Positions 39,372-54,647 are shown, numbered from the stretch's first letter. The stretch: DNA of 64,000 nucleotides from Octopus vulgaris (GCA_951406725.2 OX597824.1:30814001-30878000), one strand, 5' to 3'. The notes: generated by a model not told the origin, from the sequence alone. Made by a program: numbers and translations.

Positions 39372-42300
39372 TCTCAGGCGAAAATGTCAAGGAACTGGTC
39401 TACAAGGGAGTTGCAATTGTTCGTCTGCGCCTGGAAGATTGCCAAGAGTGACCCGCCAAACAATGTCATTGCAGCGGCGCTTAAGAGCAATGATTTTTCC
39501 AGGACCACCGCCCAGATAGAGCGAAAGAAAAGAGAATTCCTCCGTTCATACGCTCTAATCAGGCAACACATGGACACTCTGGATATCATCCTAGGAGGTG
39601 ACTGCACCAGGGAAGACCAAAAGGATGGAGAAAGCATCCAGGACCCAACAAAAAACACAACCGAGAAACCTGCAACCAAGGGAAACAATGGCACATGTCC
39701 AGCTCCCAACACAACTGAAGACCAAAGAGGTGCGATGGCCGCCAAAAAATGAAAGCACCCTAAAATCGACGGAAAACAAGAAGTAAAAGACAAGAAAACT
39801 AAAATAAACACTGTTCAGAAAAAAACAGAAGAACCCCAGCAAGAGCTACACGGGCAAAAGCAGAAACATCTGCAAATTCTACCTGAAGGGAGACTGCTGG
39901 CATGGCGATGATGGTGCAAACTGTCGTTTTGCACATCAGAAGCCCTGCCAAAACCGCATGGACACAAGACAAAAATCCCTCCCCCGGGAGAACAAAAAGA
40001 AAAAGAAAAATATAAAAGAAGGAAAAATGGCGCATTGACCACTCCTGAAAGACGATATGCGGATGTAGTGCGCGGTCCAAAAAAGATACTGTATAGCCCA
40101 ACAAATGGTCAGCTTCATCCAGATGTGAGAAGGGCAGCAGCTGAACAGCAATCTTTTTTATGCATGGCACAAAAAATTGTTCAGCAGCTGACCTGGCTAC
40201 AAACACAAAGCTGGAACTATCACCACATAAGGCCACCACCAACAGATGCAGGATGGCCACCACAGACACCAACACACACACCACAAAAATATTTCTACTG
40301 AACGTAGGAGGGCTGCTGCGCAGCAACTGTAAAAGGAAAATATCATTCCTGAGAGACCTTGTGGCATGCAATCAAGCTATATGCATGGCACTCATAGAAA
40401 CGCATCTTGGACCCGATATAGGGGATGCAGAAATCCACATACCGCAACATGCTGTCATACGCTCAGATAGAAAAGGGAGGAGCCATGGTGGAGTTGCAAT
40501 ATACATCCGAAATGACCTCACGGCCCAGGTCCTGTTGTCATATTCAAACTCAGTGTGTGACACTCAAATTGTACACATAAGACAACTGAATATCGTCATA
40601 TGTACTACATGTCGCCCACCGGATGCCCCAAATCATACAGGCATGTTTGAAGACTGCCTAACAAAAATAGAAGTTCTCACCAACCTGGAACAACACAACA
40701 GTGTATTCTTCATGGGTGACTTTAACTTCCCCAATGTGGAATGGCTTGAGGGGGCAGATGCTCCCAGAGATGACACACCATCAGTAGACACAGGCAGAGT
40801 CTCTGCTCCATCTCACAAATGCCTCTTTCATGGAGCAAATAGTGCTGCAACCAACAAGGGCAGATAATATACTGGATCTCTGCTTCACAAACAATATGGA
40901 TATTATGCATAATGTTAAAGTGATGCCGACAATGACCTCTAATCACAACATAATAGAGCTGTCTATGAATGGACCAAAAGCCCCCGCAGACACACAGCCT
41001 ATACGAAGCATCCACAATCTCTCCAACTTAAACTTTCGTAAAGCAAATTGGAAGTTGATCGAGAAAGGGATCCTCAAACAGGATTGGCCTAAATGTCTCT
41101 CCACACCGGACATTGACATGAAACACAAATGCTTCATGTCCATAATACAAGCCATATGTGACAAATATGTCCCAGTGTGCAGGGCCAGCACACACAAAAA
41201 CAAAAACAGGGTCCCTAGAGAAAGGAAGATTCTTATGAGACGACGGACAAGGATTGCAAACCGCCTGAACAAGCACACCAAAAGTAGTGAGAAGTCTCGG
41301 CTCGAGAGAATGCTAATGGAAATTGAGAAAAGTGTGCATCAGTCTCATGAAAAGGAGAGAGCAGATAAAGAAGCTTGGGTAATAGGAAATATAAAGTCAA
41401 ACCCTAAAGCTTTCTTTAAGTTTGCCAAAGAGACAGCCACAGTGCTCCAGAGAATAGGACCTCTCTTCCAAAAAGATGGCTCCCTCACAGGAAATCCCAC
41501 GAGGATAAGTGAAATACTGAACGAACAGTTCCAAAGTGTGTTCACTACACCTCTAGGACACAGGCAAGTAAACAACCCAGAAGAATTCTTTGTCACTTTA
41601 CCTGCGGCCAAAGAGGCAAAAATTGAGTACATCAACATGGAAGATGATGATATCACGCTAGCCATAGATGAGATTGACACAAACTCAGCTGCTGGACCTG
41701 ATGGATTTCCAGCGATCCTTCTCAAATCGTGCAAACGAGCCCTTGCAAAACCGCTACAGCTTCTTTTTCAGAGCTTTCTTGCAAGTGGTAAGCTCCCAGT
41801 TAAATTGAAAGAGGGGGTAATATGCCCTATCCATAAGGGAGGAAGCAGAGCAGATGCTAAAAATTATAGGCCTATCTCTCTGACCTCACACATCAGCAAA
41901 GTCATGGAACGAATAGTCCGCCAGAAACTAATCATGTTCCTTGAAGAAAATGACTTGCTGACTGACACCCAGCATGGATTTCGACCAGGTAGAAGCTGCC
42001 TAACACAGCTCCTGCAACACTATGACTGGGTGTTAAAACAGCTACTAAATGGCTCAAATGTGGATGTGATATATCTCGACCTTGCAAAAGCCTTTGATAA
42101 AGTCGACCACGGTATGATTTGTCACAAACTGCGTGGTCTGGGCATAGGCGGAAAACTTGGAGAGTGGCTGCACAAGATGGAAGGCAGGCAGTTGTGGCCA
42201 ATGGAGCCACCTCCAAGGAAACACAAATAACAAGCGGTGTTCTACAGAGCACTGTCTTGGGGCCACTGTTGTTCATAGTGGCCCTTTCAGACATGCCTTC

Positions 42301-43304
42301 AGTTTCTAAGATGGCCACCCTTGCTAGCTATGCAGATGACACAAAAGTCTCCCACACAATACAAAACCCTGGTAATATTGCACATCTGCAACAGGAGTTG
42401 GATACAATATACAGTTGGGCTGAGGACAACAACATGCAGTTTAATCCAGGCCCTGCGCTACCGGCACACAAAGGTAAACGACATGCAGACTGGATGCACT
42501 GGCCCGGGAAGAATTGCAATCCCTGAGTCAAAATAGTGCGTGATCTGGGCGTTGACATGAGCAATGATGCATCTTTCCAAGTGCATATTACTAATTTGGT
42601 GATAAAATGCAGACGGCTAGCTGGATGGATTCTCCGAACTTTCAGAACAAGAGAAAAGGAGACACTGATGATCATATGGAAAACTTTCGTCCTCAGCCGT
42701 TTGGACTACTGCTCCCAACTATGGTCACCACACAATATAAAACTAACACCATAACTTGAAGCAATTCAAAGAAGCTACACAAAGAAGATCGTCTCAATGC
42801 AACATATCAGCTACTGGGAAAGACTGAAAGTATTAAAACTCTTCTCCCTAGAGCGAAGACGGGAGAGATATGCGCTGATATACATCTGGAAAATCCTGGT
42901 GGGTCTTGCCCCAAACTTTGGCATTCAAAGTTACCCCAACCGCAGAACGGGGCGCCACGCATGGTGCCAAACATTCCAGCATCACCATCAAAATACAGGA
43001 CCAGATACTGCAACAGCTTGGGTTTCAGAGAACCACAGCTCTTTAACATCCTCCCTAAATGCCTGAAAGACTTGCATGGTGTGGATGTGGGTTTCTTTAA
43101 AACTATACTGGATCTCTTCTTGTCGGGGGTCCCAGATGAACCTACCTCACGACAGAAGGCACAGATGCGGGCAGCAGCATCGAACTCCCTTGTTGACCAA
43201 GTGCCATGTATCAGAGGTGGATTCACATATTAGTGTAGCTCATTCAGCGGTGGTGCCCCAGCATGGCCGCAGCCTTCGGGCTGAGACATTTTTAAGGATT
43301 TAAG

Positions 43305-43310
<6 letters not shown>
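39372..43310 (+). mobile_element. CR1/L2-group (APE-type) LINE, near full length, disrupted
   Basis: ORF1 remnant with CCCH finger; APE (LIETHL, GGVAIYI, MGDFNFP, NILDLCF); RT (NYRPISLTS, QHGFRPGRSC, YLDLAKAFDKV, YADD at 42329-42340); 3' tail into (TA)n. Confidence 0.9.
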
Positions 43311-43340
<30 letters not shown>

Positions 43341-43363
<23 letters not shown>

Positions 43364-43549
43364 TAGAGTTTACAAAAAAACAAAAGACGAAGACAGGTGG
43401 TGTACAAAACAAACAGATGTATTAGTATAACGCTCAGGAATATAAAAAGTATTTTACGTTTCGAGGCTACGCTCTTCTACAGAAAGGGACACAGAAAAAA
43501 CAAGGAAAAAACAAGGAAAGAAAAAAATGTGTGTAGTGGCTAACGATCT

Positions 43550-43552
<3 letters not shown>
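43341..43552 (-). mobile_element. Solo pLTR related to 3931-4269, with hammerhead-like motif at 43452-43485 (duplicate 58638-58830)
   Basis: caaaagacgaag.caggtgg, gtattagtat..cgctcaggaa and acgtttcgag.ctacgctcttc.acagaaag are shared with the pLTRs. Confidence 0.75.
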
Positions 43553-43616
<64 letters not shown>

Positions 43617-43770
43617 GTATATATATATATAAGTGTATGTATATATATATACATGCATATATATATATACACACATACATATATACCATGTTATATATAG
43701 ATATATAGGTATGTGTGTATGTATATATATGTCTCTCTCTATATATATATTTATATTCTGGATCTCTCTC

Positions 43771-43860
<90 letters not shown>

Positions 43861-44842
43861 TATCTACATCTAAAACTATCTATCTATTTATCAATCTCTA
43901 TCTATTTATTCCTGTGTATATATTGCATTTCGAGATGGTCGTTATTTTTTGTTTATTACTGTTCATGTTTTAGATTATGTCCATTGTCTGGAAATCTTTC
44001 GTCATACATCTATGCCCTCTTCAGTGACACTTCAGTGACATACAAAAAATTGTAATTCTATGAGTGACAAGATCTAATGCTACGACTTCATTATAATTTT
44101 TATTTTTTGACCCCACTTTGACCCCGCTCAACGTTGCCTAAATCTGTAGAATAATAGAAATGTAAGCAATTACAAAGTATTTTGAATATTTGCTTTAAAA
44201 AGAATTGTTGAGGAATGGTATCAGACATGTCCAACATCATATTTGACTGGAATTTATTTGTCAGTTTCTTCATCGTTTCGCTCAACCATACCAGTATAAC
44301 AGGTCTCGTCTGCTATGGATTTAGATATGAACTGAAAAGCAATATGTTTCAAAATTTTTATTATGTTTTTATTCTATTGATTAAATTTGTGATTTTCAGG
44401 GCATTAATTGAAGTTTTCTTGTACAATTTAGGTTTCTGTTGACGGGCAGATTAAGAAAATATTCACAAATCGACATCCTGTCTTAGGGGGACGCCTGAAG
44501 ATTATAGGAGATATTGAGATCATGTCCGTCGAAATTAAGTAAAACTTTGTTCAAAACTGCCTATCCTTCTTCTAGGTCCAGAGAAAATAACAGACATTAA
44601 TGTATTTCGAAACACTTTACCTTTTATAGAATAGAAACGATTCGTTAATAGTAGAGATGATGAAGCCTCTAAATAAATTTGTGATTCTTTCTTCGTACGA
44701 GGAACGTGATCTTGTTTGTTTTGATTTTTTACGCAAGTGTATTCCAAACATTGTATGATACATACATACATACATACATACATACATACATACATACATA
44801 CATACATACATACATACATACATACATACATACATGCATGCA

Positions 44843-45562
44843 TACACCAAAAAATATTACAGCTGAATAAAGAAAATCTGGACCTCAGAACTCTCTGCAT
44901 TCAATAAAACAGTGTCTCACAAGGTGTTTGCAGTGCCAGTACTTATACCAACATTTGGGCAGCTTGATTGGATTCTTGATGAGATCCGAGCCATTGATGG
45001 GGAAACCCGAAAAATACTAACAGGTACACATAATTTCCACATAAACAGTTATGTAGATCGCCTCTACCTAAAACGAAAACAAAGCGACAGAGGTTTAACA
45101 TCGATCCAAAATGCCTTCGAATGTCGAATCATATCCCTTCGGTAACATCTTTTAATCATCAAATGTCGAAGTGCATCCCTTGACCAAGTCTGCATACATG
45201 AGACTGATAACAGCATGAGACTTGAAAGGCAGCTTCTTGAGCAACATTCCTTGTCTGATAACCTAGAAGACATGCTCAAAGAAGTCGCACCACTCTACCG
45301 CAGCGTATCATCAAGTGAAAGGATGAGCCTATATGAGCAGAAGACTATGCATGGATACGTTAGTAGAAAGTTCCGAAATGATAGTAATATTGGTCATCAA
45401 AGCAGTCTATTATGGACCAATATCTGGATTACTACCTCCCACTTTGAAGGGTATGCGTGGGCAATCGAGTAACAAGAAATATCAACCAAATACCTGATGT
45501 ACAAAGGGGATAGAGATGCAGGAAAAGCAGTAAAATGTGACAACTAATGCAGACTTTGTGGA
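44843..45562 (+). mobile_element. R4/Dong-like (RLE-type) LINE fragment, cut by the duplication junction
   Basis: FAVPVLIPTFG..W, VDRLYLKRK..RGL, KTMHGY, QEISTKY; follows (CATA)n. Confidence 0.7.
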
Positions 45563-46649
45563 ATTCATTTTAATGTCCCGTGGTATTATAACGCGTTATC
45601 GTTAACTATTCGTTTGTTAGCCGACAATTTAAAAATGTTTAGGGAAATATTTCAAACTAAGTTATCTATAATAAATCAAGAATGATTAGGTAATCTGTAT
45701 ATATATAATGTAAGCTTTCACTTGGTTTACCTGTAACATTATTTTCTATTATACTTGTTTATTAACGTGGTTAGCAATATACTACTAATATGCGTATTCT
45801 TGTTCAACCAAATACAGCATCTACTGGAATCTTTATATTTGCATTTCAATGTCCGTTTCTCGCTGAGATTCGTCTGTGCTATATACTTTTAGTAGTGCGC
45901 AGTGTACTACAATAGTTTTTACGTGTATATTAGAGGTAGTGTCTAAATCTTTTTTGGACTTCATCCATTTTTAATTTGATTTACAACTATAAATGTACCT
46001 GCCATTATACAAGGGTCAATCTTTACATTTTATTCTTTGATTTTTTTGTCTCTTCCCAAGTGCATAACGTTCTTTTCCTTTTCCCGTTTTATATCATATT
46101 TATGTATTTTTACTGTTATCGATTTTTATTTTTACTTACTTTTCTATTGTACTTTACTTGCATTATTCTATCTTTCTACCTGTTTAACGATAATTCTTTA
46201 TTGCCCCTTTCCTTTTCTTGTGCTTTATTTCCATGATATCAATTATAATGTGTAATGTAGTATCTTCATAATCCACTATTTATTATACTTCGTGTCACAT
46301 ATTTATTGAGTTATTATTGCCTATCTATTCTTTTCGTTTATGCACGATTCACATCAGGAGAATAATGTGACTGGTTGCATGTATCGGTATTATCATTCGA
46401 TGGTATGATCAGAAATCGATCTTATTATTGATTCTTGGTTCTTGAAACGTACGTTAGGAAGTATCTGAAATATAATATCAATAATTTATTTTTTGGTTTG
46501 GCACTTTTCAACTATATGCACACACGCGTGCGCATACATATCCACACAGTATTTATTTTATCGATCTCTTTCCCGAACCGCTAAGTTACGGGGACGTAAA
46601 GACACCAGCATCGGTTGTCAAGCGATGTTGGGGGACAAACATAGACGCA

Positions 46650-46733
<84 letters not shown>

Positions 46734-47115
46734 CGACGGGCTTCTTTCAGTTTCCGTCTACCAAATCTACTCACAAGGCTTTGGTCGGCCCGAGGCTATA
46801 GTAGAAGACACTTGCCCAAGGTGCCACGCAGTGGGACTGAACCTGAAACCATGTGGTTCGTAAGCAAGCTACTTACCACACAGCCACTCCTATACCTTAT
46901 TGTACACTATCAAAATGCCGACATGATTGATACTCAATGCTCTGTAAGACGTGACACGGACATTATGTAAACCAATTTCCCCCCAAAACTGTGATGGTCC
47001 TTGGGTGTGACTCCAGTGAGAGTGAGAAATATTTTCGTACAGAATCTTAGGCACAATTCAGGCGGCTATGTGAAGTAGTTGGAAATACGTGTATCTGTAT
47101 ATGTATAAATATATA

Positions 47116-49205
47116 CCGTATTTTCCGCACTATAAGGCGCACCGGATTATAAGGCGCACCTTCAATGAATGGCCTATTTTAAAACTTTGTCCATGTATAA
47201 GACGCACCGCATAGACTAGACGCTACAGTAGAGGCTGGGGTTACGTTATGCATCCATTAGATGGAGCTGCACTGAAAGGAATGTCAACAAAACAGTTGGA
47301 TAGGTCAGTCAAACTTTATTAATATATTATAAACCAGCGTTCTGACAACTCCGTTCACTCCCAAAATGAATAAACAGCTGTTTTATTATTTTCCCCGAGG
47401 TAAAGTCTGTGACGTGGTATTTTGTTTATTTTTTAACAGCAAGGTATAACATGTAGTGCAACATTTAGATCACATAGTGGAGGGGAACTTTTCCTCGATT
47501 CAATAAACGCGTAAAAAACAGTCTGATACTGTTACAGTAAATCAAACATTAGTGCAATCACAATATAGTAACACTCGAAATAGTGCAAAGCAATAAAAAA
47601 TATCAATAACTTAACGTTGCTCAAACGTTAATGTCACACAACGCAACACACAAAATAAACATATAAAGCTCACTTTATTAAGTTATTCCTCATTCACGAA
47701 TCCCTCGAATTCTTCTTCTTCAGTGTCCGAATTAAACAGTTGGGCGAATACGGGATCCAACACGCCCGGCTCTGTCTCGTCGAAGTCGTCATTAATCGAG
47801 TCAGTGTCGCTGATGTTGTCTAGCAGTTCAGTGAGAATTCCCGCCTTCCTGAAAGCTCGGACCACAGTTGAGACTGATATATCAGCCCAGGCATTTACGA
47901 TCCATTGGCAGATAGTGGTGTATGTCATTCGGCGCTGTCTCCCTGTCTTGGTAAAAGTGTGTTCGCCTTCTGTCATCCACTGTTCCCACGCAGTTCGCAG
48001 TCTAGCTTTGAATGCCCTGTTGACACCAATATCTAGCGGCTGGAGTTCTTTTGTCAATCCACCTGGAATGACGGCGAGTATTGAATTCGTGTGCTTCACA
48101 TGTTTTTTGACACCATTTGTGATATGGGAGCGCATGGAGTCGTAGATCAAAAGGGACGGAGCTGTGTGAAAAAAGCCACCCGGTCTCTTCACGTAAATTT
48201 CTCTCAACCACTCGCTCATCTTTTCGTCATCCATCCATCCCTTTGAGTTAGCTTTGATGACGACGCCGGCTGGAAAGTTTTCTTTTGGCAAGGTCTTCCT
48301 CTTGAAAATAACCATGGGTGGAAGTTTCTGGCCATTAGCTTGGCAAGCGAGAACTACAGTGAAGGATGACTTCTCATTTCCTGTTGTGCGAACATTTACC
48401 GTACGTGCTCCCGTTTTTTTCCACAGTGCGGTTCACAGGAATATCAAAGGTGAGTGGAACCTCGTCCATGTTGATGATGTGCTCTGGCCGGATCTTTTTT
48501 TTCAGTAATCTTATTTTTGCAATATGCGCGAAAAGTGACCAGCTTTTCTTGGTAGTCTTTTGGCAGTTGCTGTGAAACAGTAGTTCGTGTGCGAATGGAG
48601 AGATTACATCTTTTCATAAACCGAAAGCACCAAGAAGGACCGCCTTTAAATTCATTAATGTTAAGTTCGCTTGCTAGCGCTGTTGCCTTCATTCGAATAG
48701 TGATTGTACTGACACTTCTACCTGCTGCTCTCTGTTCAACAACCCACTGTTCGAGTTTGTTCTCCAACTGTGGCCATTTCGCTTTGTTCCCTTGGAAACT
48801 CTTTTTAGTCTTCTTTACTTGGCTCAGGTCATCTTGTTGCTTCCTCCACTTCCGCACCATTGATTCGTTAATGTTAAATACTCTCGCTGCTGCTCTATTC
48901 CCGTGTTCTACTGCGTGACTGATCGCCTTGAGTTTAAACTCTGCGTCGTAGGCGTGTCTCTTAATAGGAGCCATTTTGGGGTCTCTACATAAACACACAA
49001 ATGGAAATGAAACGGCACGCCTCGCGCAGTCATATATCCCAGCATGCACCGCGCGCTTCTTCTACGAGGGAAAATGAAGTCGGCGGCTGCTTACCGTAGT
49101 TTCAAGACCTGTTGTGACTCAATATTGTTCCACATATAAGGCGCACCGTCGGCTTTTGAGAAAATTGAAGGTTTTTAGGTGCGCCTTATAGTGCGGAAAA
49201 TACGG
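47116..49205 (-). mobile_element. pogo-family DNA transposon (duplicate; transposase 47683-48974)
   Basis: Same TIRs, TA duplication and frameshift as 31844-33934. Confidence 0.95.
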
Positions 49206-49763
49206 TACATATATATGTGTATCATGTAGGTACTGTAAGTTTAAAGGGAATACTTCATAAGTGTAAGCACCTATATATGCCAGATAGTGGCAGAGGTGAG
49301 AGAATATATCAAACATAAATTGAAAGCAGAACACAAAGGATATCGTGGTACACGTGTTTCAAGCTTTATAAACAATCTGTTATTACATCAGCATAGGTAT
49401 ATTATTGATATAAAAGATGGTTTAAAGCTCTCTTCAGCCGCAAACATTGTTAGTCCAAAGATTACATCACAAAATAAAAAAGTACACGTAGTATTACTCA
49501 TTATAATAGGTTTATCATAACTCTTAGAAGAGGTATATTTGTATAAAGTTTCGTTGGATTTCAAAAATCTGCTCATACTGTACCACTATTCAGCATAGAG
49601 TGAATGTTAAATATATTGGATTGAGTTTATATTTAATTTTATATTTTTATATATGTGTATCACTAATTGTGTATATGTATATATGTGTATATATGGGTGT
49701 ATGTGTGTGTGTGCGTGTGCGTATGTGTGTACATAATGAAGGGGTATTTTCATATATTTACAG

Positions 49764-49786
49764 ATTTAAACTCAGTATTGTGCAAG
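49764..49786 (+). CDS. Duplicate of putative 23-nt microexon
   Basis: Identical to 34493-34515 with splice sites. Confidence 0.35.
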
Positions 49787-49890
49787 GTAAAATATCACCT
49801 CTAATTTTTGACTTCCGCTGGAAAAATAAACTTCCATCGTTTAATCAAGGAACCAAGAAATTGACATTTCATTGTGCTGACACATTTCAG

Positions 49891-49923
49891 ATTATATTGA
49901 CTACAAGTCCACAAAGCAACAAG
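49891..49923 (+). CDS. Duplicate of putative 33-nt microexon
   Basis: Identical to 34620-34652 with splice sites. Confidence 0.35.
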
Positions 49924-50244
49924 GTATGCCAAATTATTTTCTTATTGATTACAGTGAATAAGGATGAATTAACACTGTTAGATACCGATATTTTGTTAAT
50001 TGTGAAGTTTTTAGCAGATTTCATTAAATGTACTTAATTTGTTGAAATAACGTAATATCAAAGGTTACAATTTTTCACATGAGTTATTAGTACTAATGTA
50101 ATTAGTTATATACATTTAACATTGTTTTACATATTGTGGGAATAAAAAATGTTAAGATCAATAAAGAAATTCAATTGATGACGTAAAAATCTAATATATC
50201 TAGATAATTTCTGCATCATGACTTGTCATCATCTCAGAAGGTAA

Positions 50245-50305
<61 letters not shown>

Positions 50306-50309
<4 letters not shown>

Positions 50310-53300
50310 GTTGTCCGACCGTTTCACTGAACACTTGAGGGACGTTCGCCTACACTCTTTTTCTCCCGTCGCACGCCACTTCCGCTCGGCCGGCCATTCC
50401 CGAGATGACATCTCAGTGTTTGGTCTCGCCCCCCACAATGGTCGCCCACTTTCCAGGCTCCACTTGGAGCAACGCTACATCTTCACCCTACAAACTACCA
50501 CCCCACACGGACTTAACACAGCCCCCCTCCTCTTGAGACCGTTTTTTTTTTTTTTTCCGGACACACCACCCACACACACCCACCCACCTACCTCCCACCC
50601 ACCTACCTACCTCCCACACGCCTGTTCACACACACACATACGTAGACCCATCTACGTACATACATTCACACATTTAATCACACACACTTACAGACACACA
50701 TGCACATACACACACACAGACATACATACACACACGCATACATACTTACACACACACACACACACACAGACATACATACACACATACACACACACATACA
50801 TACGCACATACATACACACACACTCACACACACACACCACACGTACATACTTCACACACACACACATGCACACATACATGTAGGCACATACATACATACA
50901 TACCCACACATGCACACTGAATGCACACTGAATGCACACACACATACACCTTTTTGCATCCAGGCAGCCCCTCTTTTCTGCTTTCCGGTTTTGGCTGATG
51001 GATCCTCGGTTCCCGCGCAGCGGGGCGTTCGAGGGCCTTTGCGCTCGCGCGCCTTGGCGCGCGCTGGGGGCTCGGTCGGCCCCTTTGGGCTTGCGTTGCA
51101 CTGCTTGTGCGTTGTGTGCGTGAGCGCGCTTCGTGTGTGTGGGCTTGCTTCGGATGTGCGCTTGCGTATGTTTGCATACATACCCACACACTCGCATGCA
51201 TCCCTACCCACATACATACACGCACACCTACTCACACACACACATACACACACACACATACCCGCACACACACACACATAATACATACACACACATACCC
51301 ACTTCAGACATACACACACACAGACATACACCCATACACCCACACTCACACGCATACACACACACACATACACACGCACACGTACACATACACACACACA
51401 CACACCCACATACATACATTACACTTGTATACACACACACTTACATTCATACACACACACACCTACACAGCCATACCCTCACTCAGACACACACATCTAC
51501 CTACACACACACAAACACACACTGACACACACCCATACATACATACATCTACACACTCACGCCTACACACATACATACACACATACATAAACACACACAC
51601 ATACACATACACACACATACGCACACACGCATATACTTATACACATGCACACACACACACATACATACATACACCCATATACATACACACACACATACCT
51701 ACATACTCCTATACGCACATACATACACACAGACATACACACATACACACTCACACAAACATACACACACACATACTTACACACACACTCACCTGCACGC
51801 GCACACACATGCATGACAAACACTCATACACTCACACTCACATACGCACACACCAACATAAACACGCACACGCACACACACACCTACACTCCCACACACA
51901 TACACACGCACCTACATACACACACGCACGCATACACACGCATACACACATACATTACACACGTACACACACACCTACATACACATGCATACACACACAC
52001 ACACAAACATGCACGGACACACCCAGACATACATACATACACCTATATACACACGCCTACACACCTACATACACACACATATACACACGCCCACACAGCT
52101 ACATACACACACATACATACACACATACACGGACACACCCATACATACTTACATACATACACCTATACACACACGCCTACACACCTACACACACACATGC
52201 ACACACACACACATGTACGCACATACACACACATATACGCACACACATATATACCCACACACATGCACACACACACACATACGCACATACATGCACGCAT
52301 GCACACGCGCACACCTACACGCATACACACACACACACGCACGTACACATACATACATACACACACGCATACATACACCCATACACATACATGCATCCTA
52401 CACACACCTACATACACACTCACACATACATACACACACACGCACTCACTCACACACCTGTATGTTCGCGCACACACATGCACATACACACACTTCCCCA
52501 CACCCACACGTACATACATACACACTCATACACACATACACACACACACACACGGACATACATCTATGCACACACATATATACACACATACTCACATACA
52601 TTCATCGGACACACTGCCACCCAGACATACACACAGACACACTCACACATCCACACGCACACATACGTACGCGCACACTCGCAGGCTCGCGCACACACGC
52701 GTTTGCGCCGGTTCGCGCACGCATGCGCCCCGCATGCACCTCGCCCTTGGACCCGACGAGACCTCCCGCCCGTCCCTGGGATGTCGCTTGTCGTTGGGTT
52801 TTCCCACGCCCGTCTCCGCGGGACCACTCTTCCATCTTCCCCTCCGCTGGAGTCCTTTTCCTAACCCCCCCCCTTTTTTTCGTTACACACACGCGCACAC
52901 ATATACACACATTGCTTAAACATATACATCACTCTTACACACATTCAATCTACTCGCCACTAATACTACCACGACACTGGACACACACACACACTACTAC
53001 TCAACACACGCTGGCACGCTACATACGCCCCCACCCCTTCCCCTCCCTCCCTTCCTCCTTCCTCCCTTTTCTCACTACTGACCTTTGTCTGCTATGCTGC
53101 TGCTATGCTGACCACCGTCTCGCCCTACCTCACACGCCTACACACAGACGCACACACTAACACATACATATATTTTTTGTTTTTTTACCTCGCCTCACAC
53201 ACACACATACACACACGCACACGCACACACTCACACATACACACACATCTGTTGCGTTACCAACCTTGTCTCCACTCTTTTGCCTTTAAAAACCCACTTT

Positions 53301-53539
53301 GCTCTTGTTATCGTAAACATCCGCCTTTCACCATGTGCTACTCCTAACACCAGCCGTTTTTTTCTCTATCTCCGTTGCCCGCTCCGGGATCTTTCTTTCC
53401 TCTCTCTTCCTTCTTTATGTTTCCGACGAAGAGCTCCGCTCGAAACGTCATACCTCCCTGCTTCCATTTCCTGAGCGCCTATTAATAATAATACTGTAAT
53501 TGTTCCATTGTTGTTGTTTTTTTGTTTCCCGTTTGGATT

Positions 53540-53545
<6 letters not shown>
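50306..53545 (+). mobile_element. Penelope-like 3' fragment with CA-rich region (duplicate)
   Basis: Copy of 35035-38269. Confidence 0.8.
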
Positions 53546-53585
<40 letters not shown>

Positions 53586-53843
53586 GTGTGTGTCTGTTGT
53601 ATTTCGGGATGGTCATTCTTTTGGGGGAAGCGGAGGGTGTTACAAATAAACACATGCACTTATATATTCGTTCTTCACTCGTTTATTACTGTTCTTATTT
53701 CAACTCATGTTCATTGTCCGGAAATCTTTCGTCACACGTCTGTGACCTTTTCAGCAACACTTTCCGCCCTCCATATTAGTGAATATGATTTAAAACAATA
53801 GAATACATACATAAACGTACACATGTGAATATGCATATATGTG

Positions 53844-53890
<47 letters not shown>

Positions 53891-54647
53891 ACAATGAAGG
53901 GTGAAATTAATTAATTTGGAACAATTATCAATTACACCAAGTAGTCTTCGTCATGTAAAAGCCTCATTCCTCGAAATATATATATATATATATATATACA
54001 TACATACATATGTATTATATATATATAATCTGTTCCTCTACTTCACTCATTCTCTCTTGTATCTCTATCCCACCCTCTCTCTCTCCCTCTCTCTTTTTCT
54101 CTCTCTTTTCCTCTTTCTGTCTCCTTACTTCTTTCTCTACACCACCCTCCCTGTCCCTTTACTACACTCTCTTGCATCTCTATCCCACCCCTCTCTCCCT
54201 CTCCCCCTTTTCTTCCTACCTTTCCTCTCCCTGCTCCCTCTTAGGTTCACCCCTTGTCTCTCTTTTCCTCTCTCTGTCTCCTTCTTTCTCCACACCACCC
54301 TCTCTGTCCTTTTACTTCACTCTCTCGTACCTCTATCCCGCCCTCTTTATCCCTCTCCATTTTTCTCTCTGCCTTTCTTCTCCCTGCTCCCCCTAAGGTC
54401 CATCCCCTTGTCTCTCTTTTCCTCCTTGTCCCTTTACTTGTTTCTCTCTACCACACCTCTATCCCGCTCACTCTCCCTCTGCTGACCTGCCATTCTTTCT
54501 CTCTTCTCTCAGGTCAATCCCCTTCTCTCTCTCTATCCCCCCGGCTGATCTGCCACCAGCTTTTTTCTTCTCTTCTCTCCTCTCCCTCTCAGGTCAACCA
54601 TCTTATCTTTCCTTCTCTCTCTGTTCCTCTATTTCACTCTCACTGCA

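Larger units (their letters stand above)
30293..45562 (+). repeat. 15.27-kb tandem segmental duplication, copy 1
   Basis: Colinear and nearly identical to 45562-60844; the ORF track repeats with a ~15270 offset. Confidence 0.95.

Noticed and set aside
44150-44161. Possible 12-nt microexon (NNRN) with GTAAGC donor
   Set aside because: Weak pyrimidine tract; could occur by chance
51107-53160. Long His/Thr/Tyr-rich ORFs (up to 585 aa), also at 35425-37687
   Set aside because: Translations of a CA-rich low-complexity tract that lacks stops in several frames; the frames differ between the two duplicate copies
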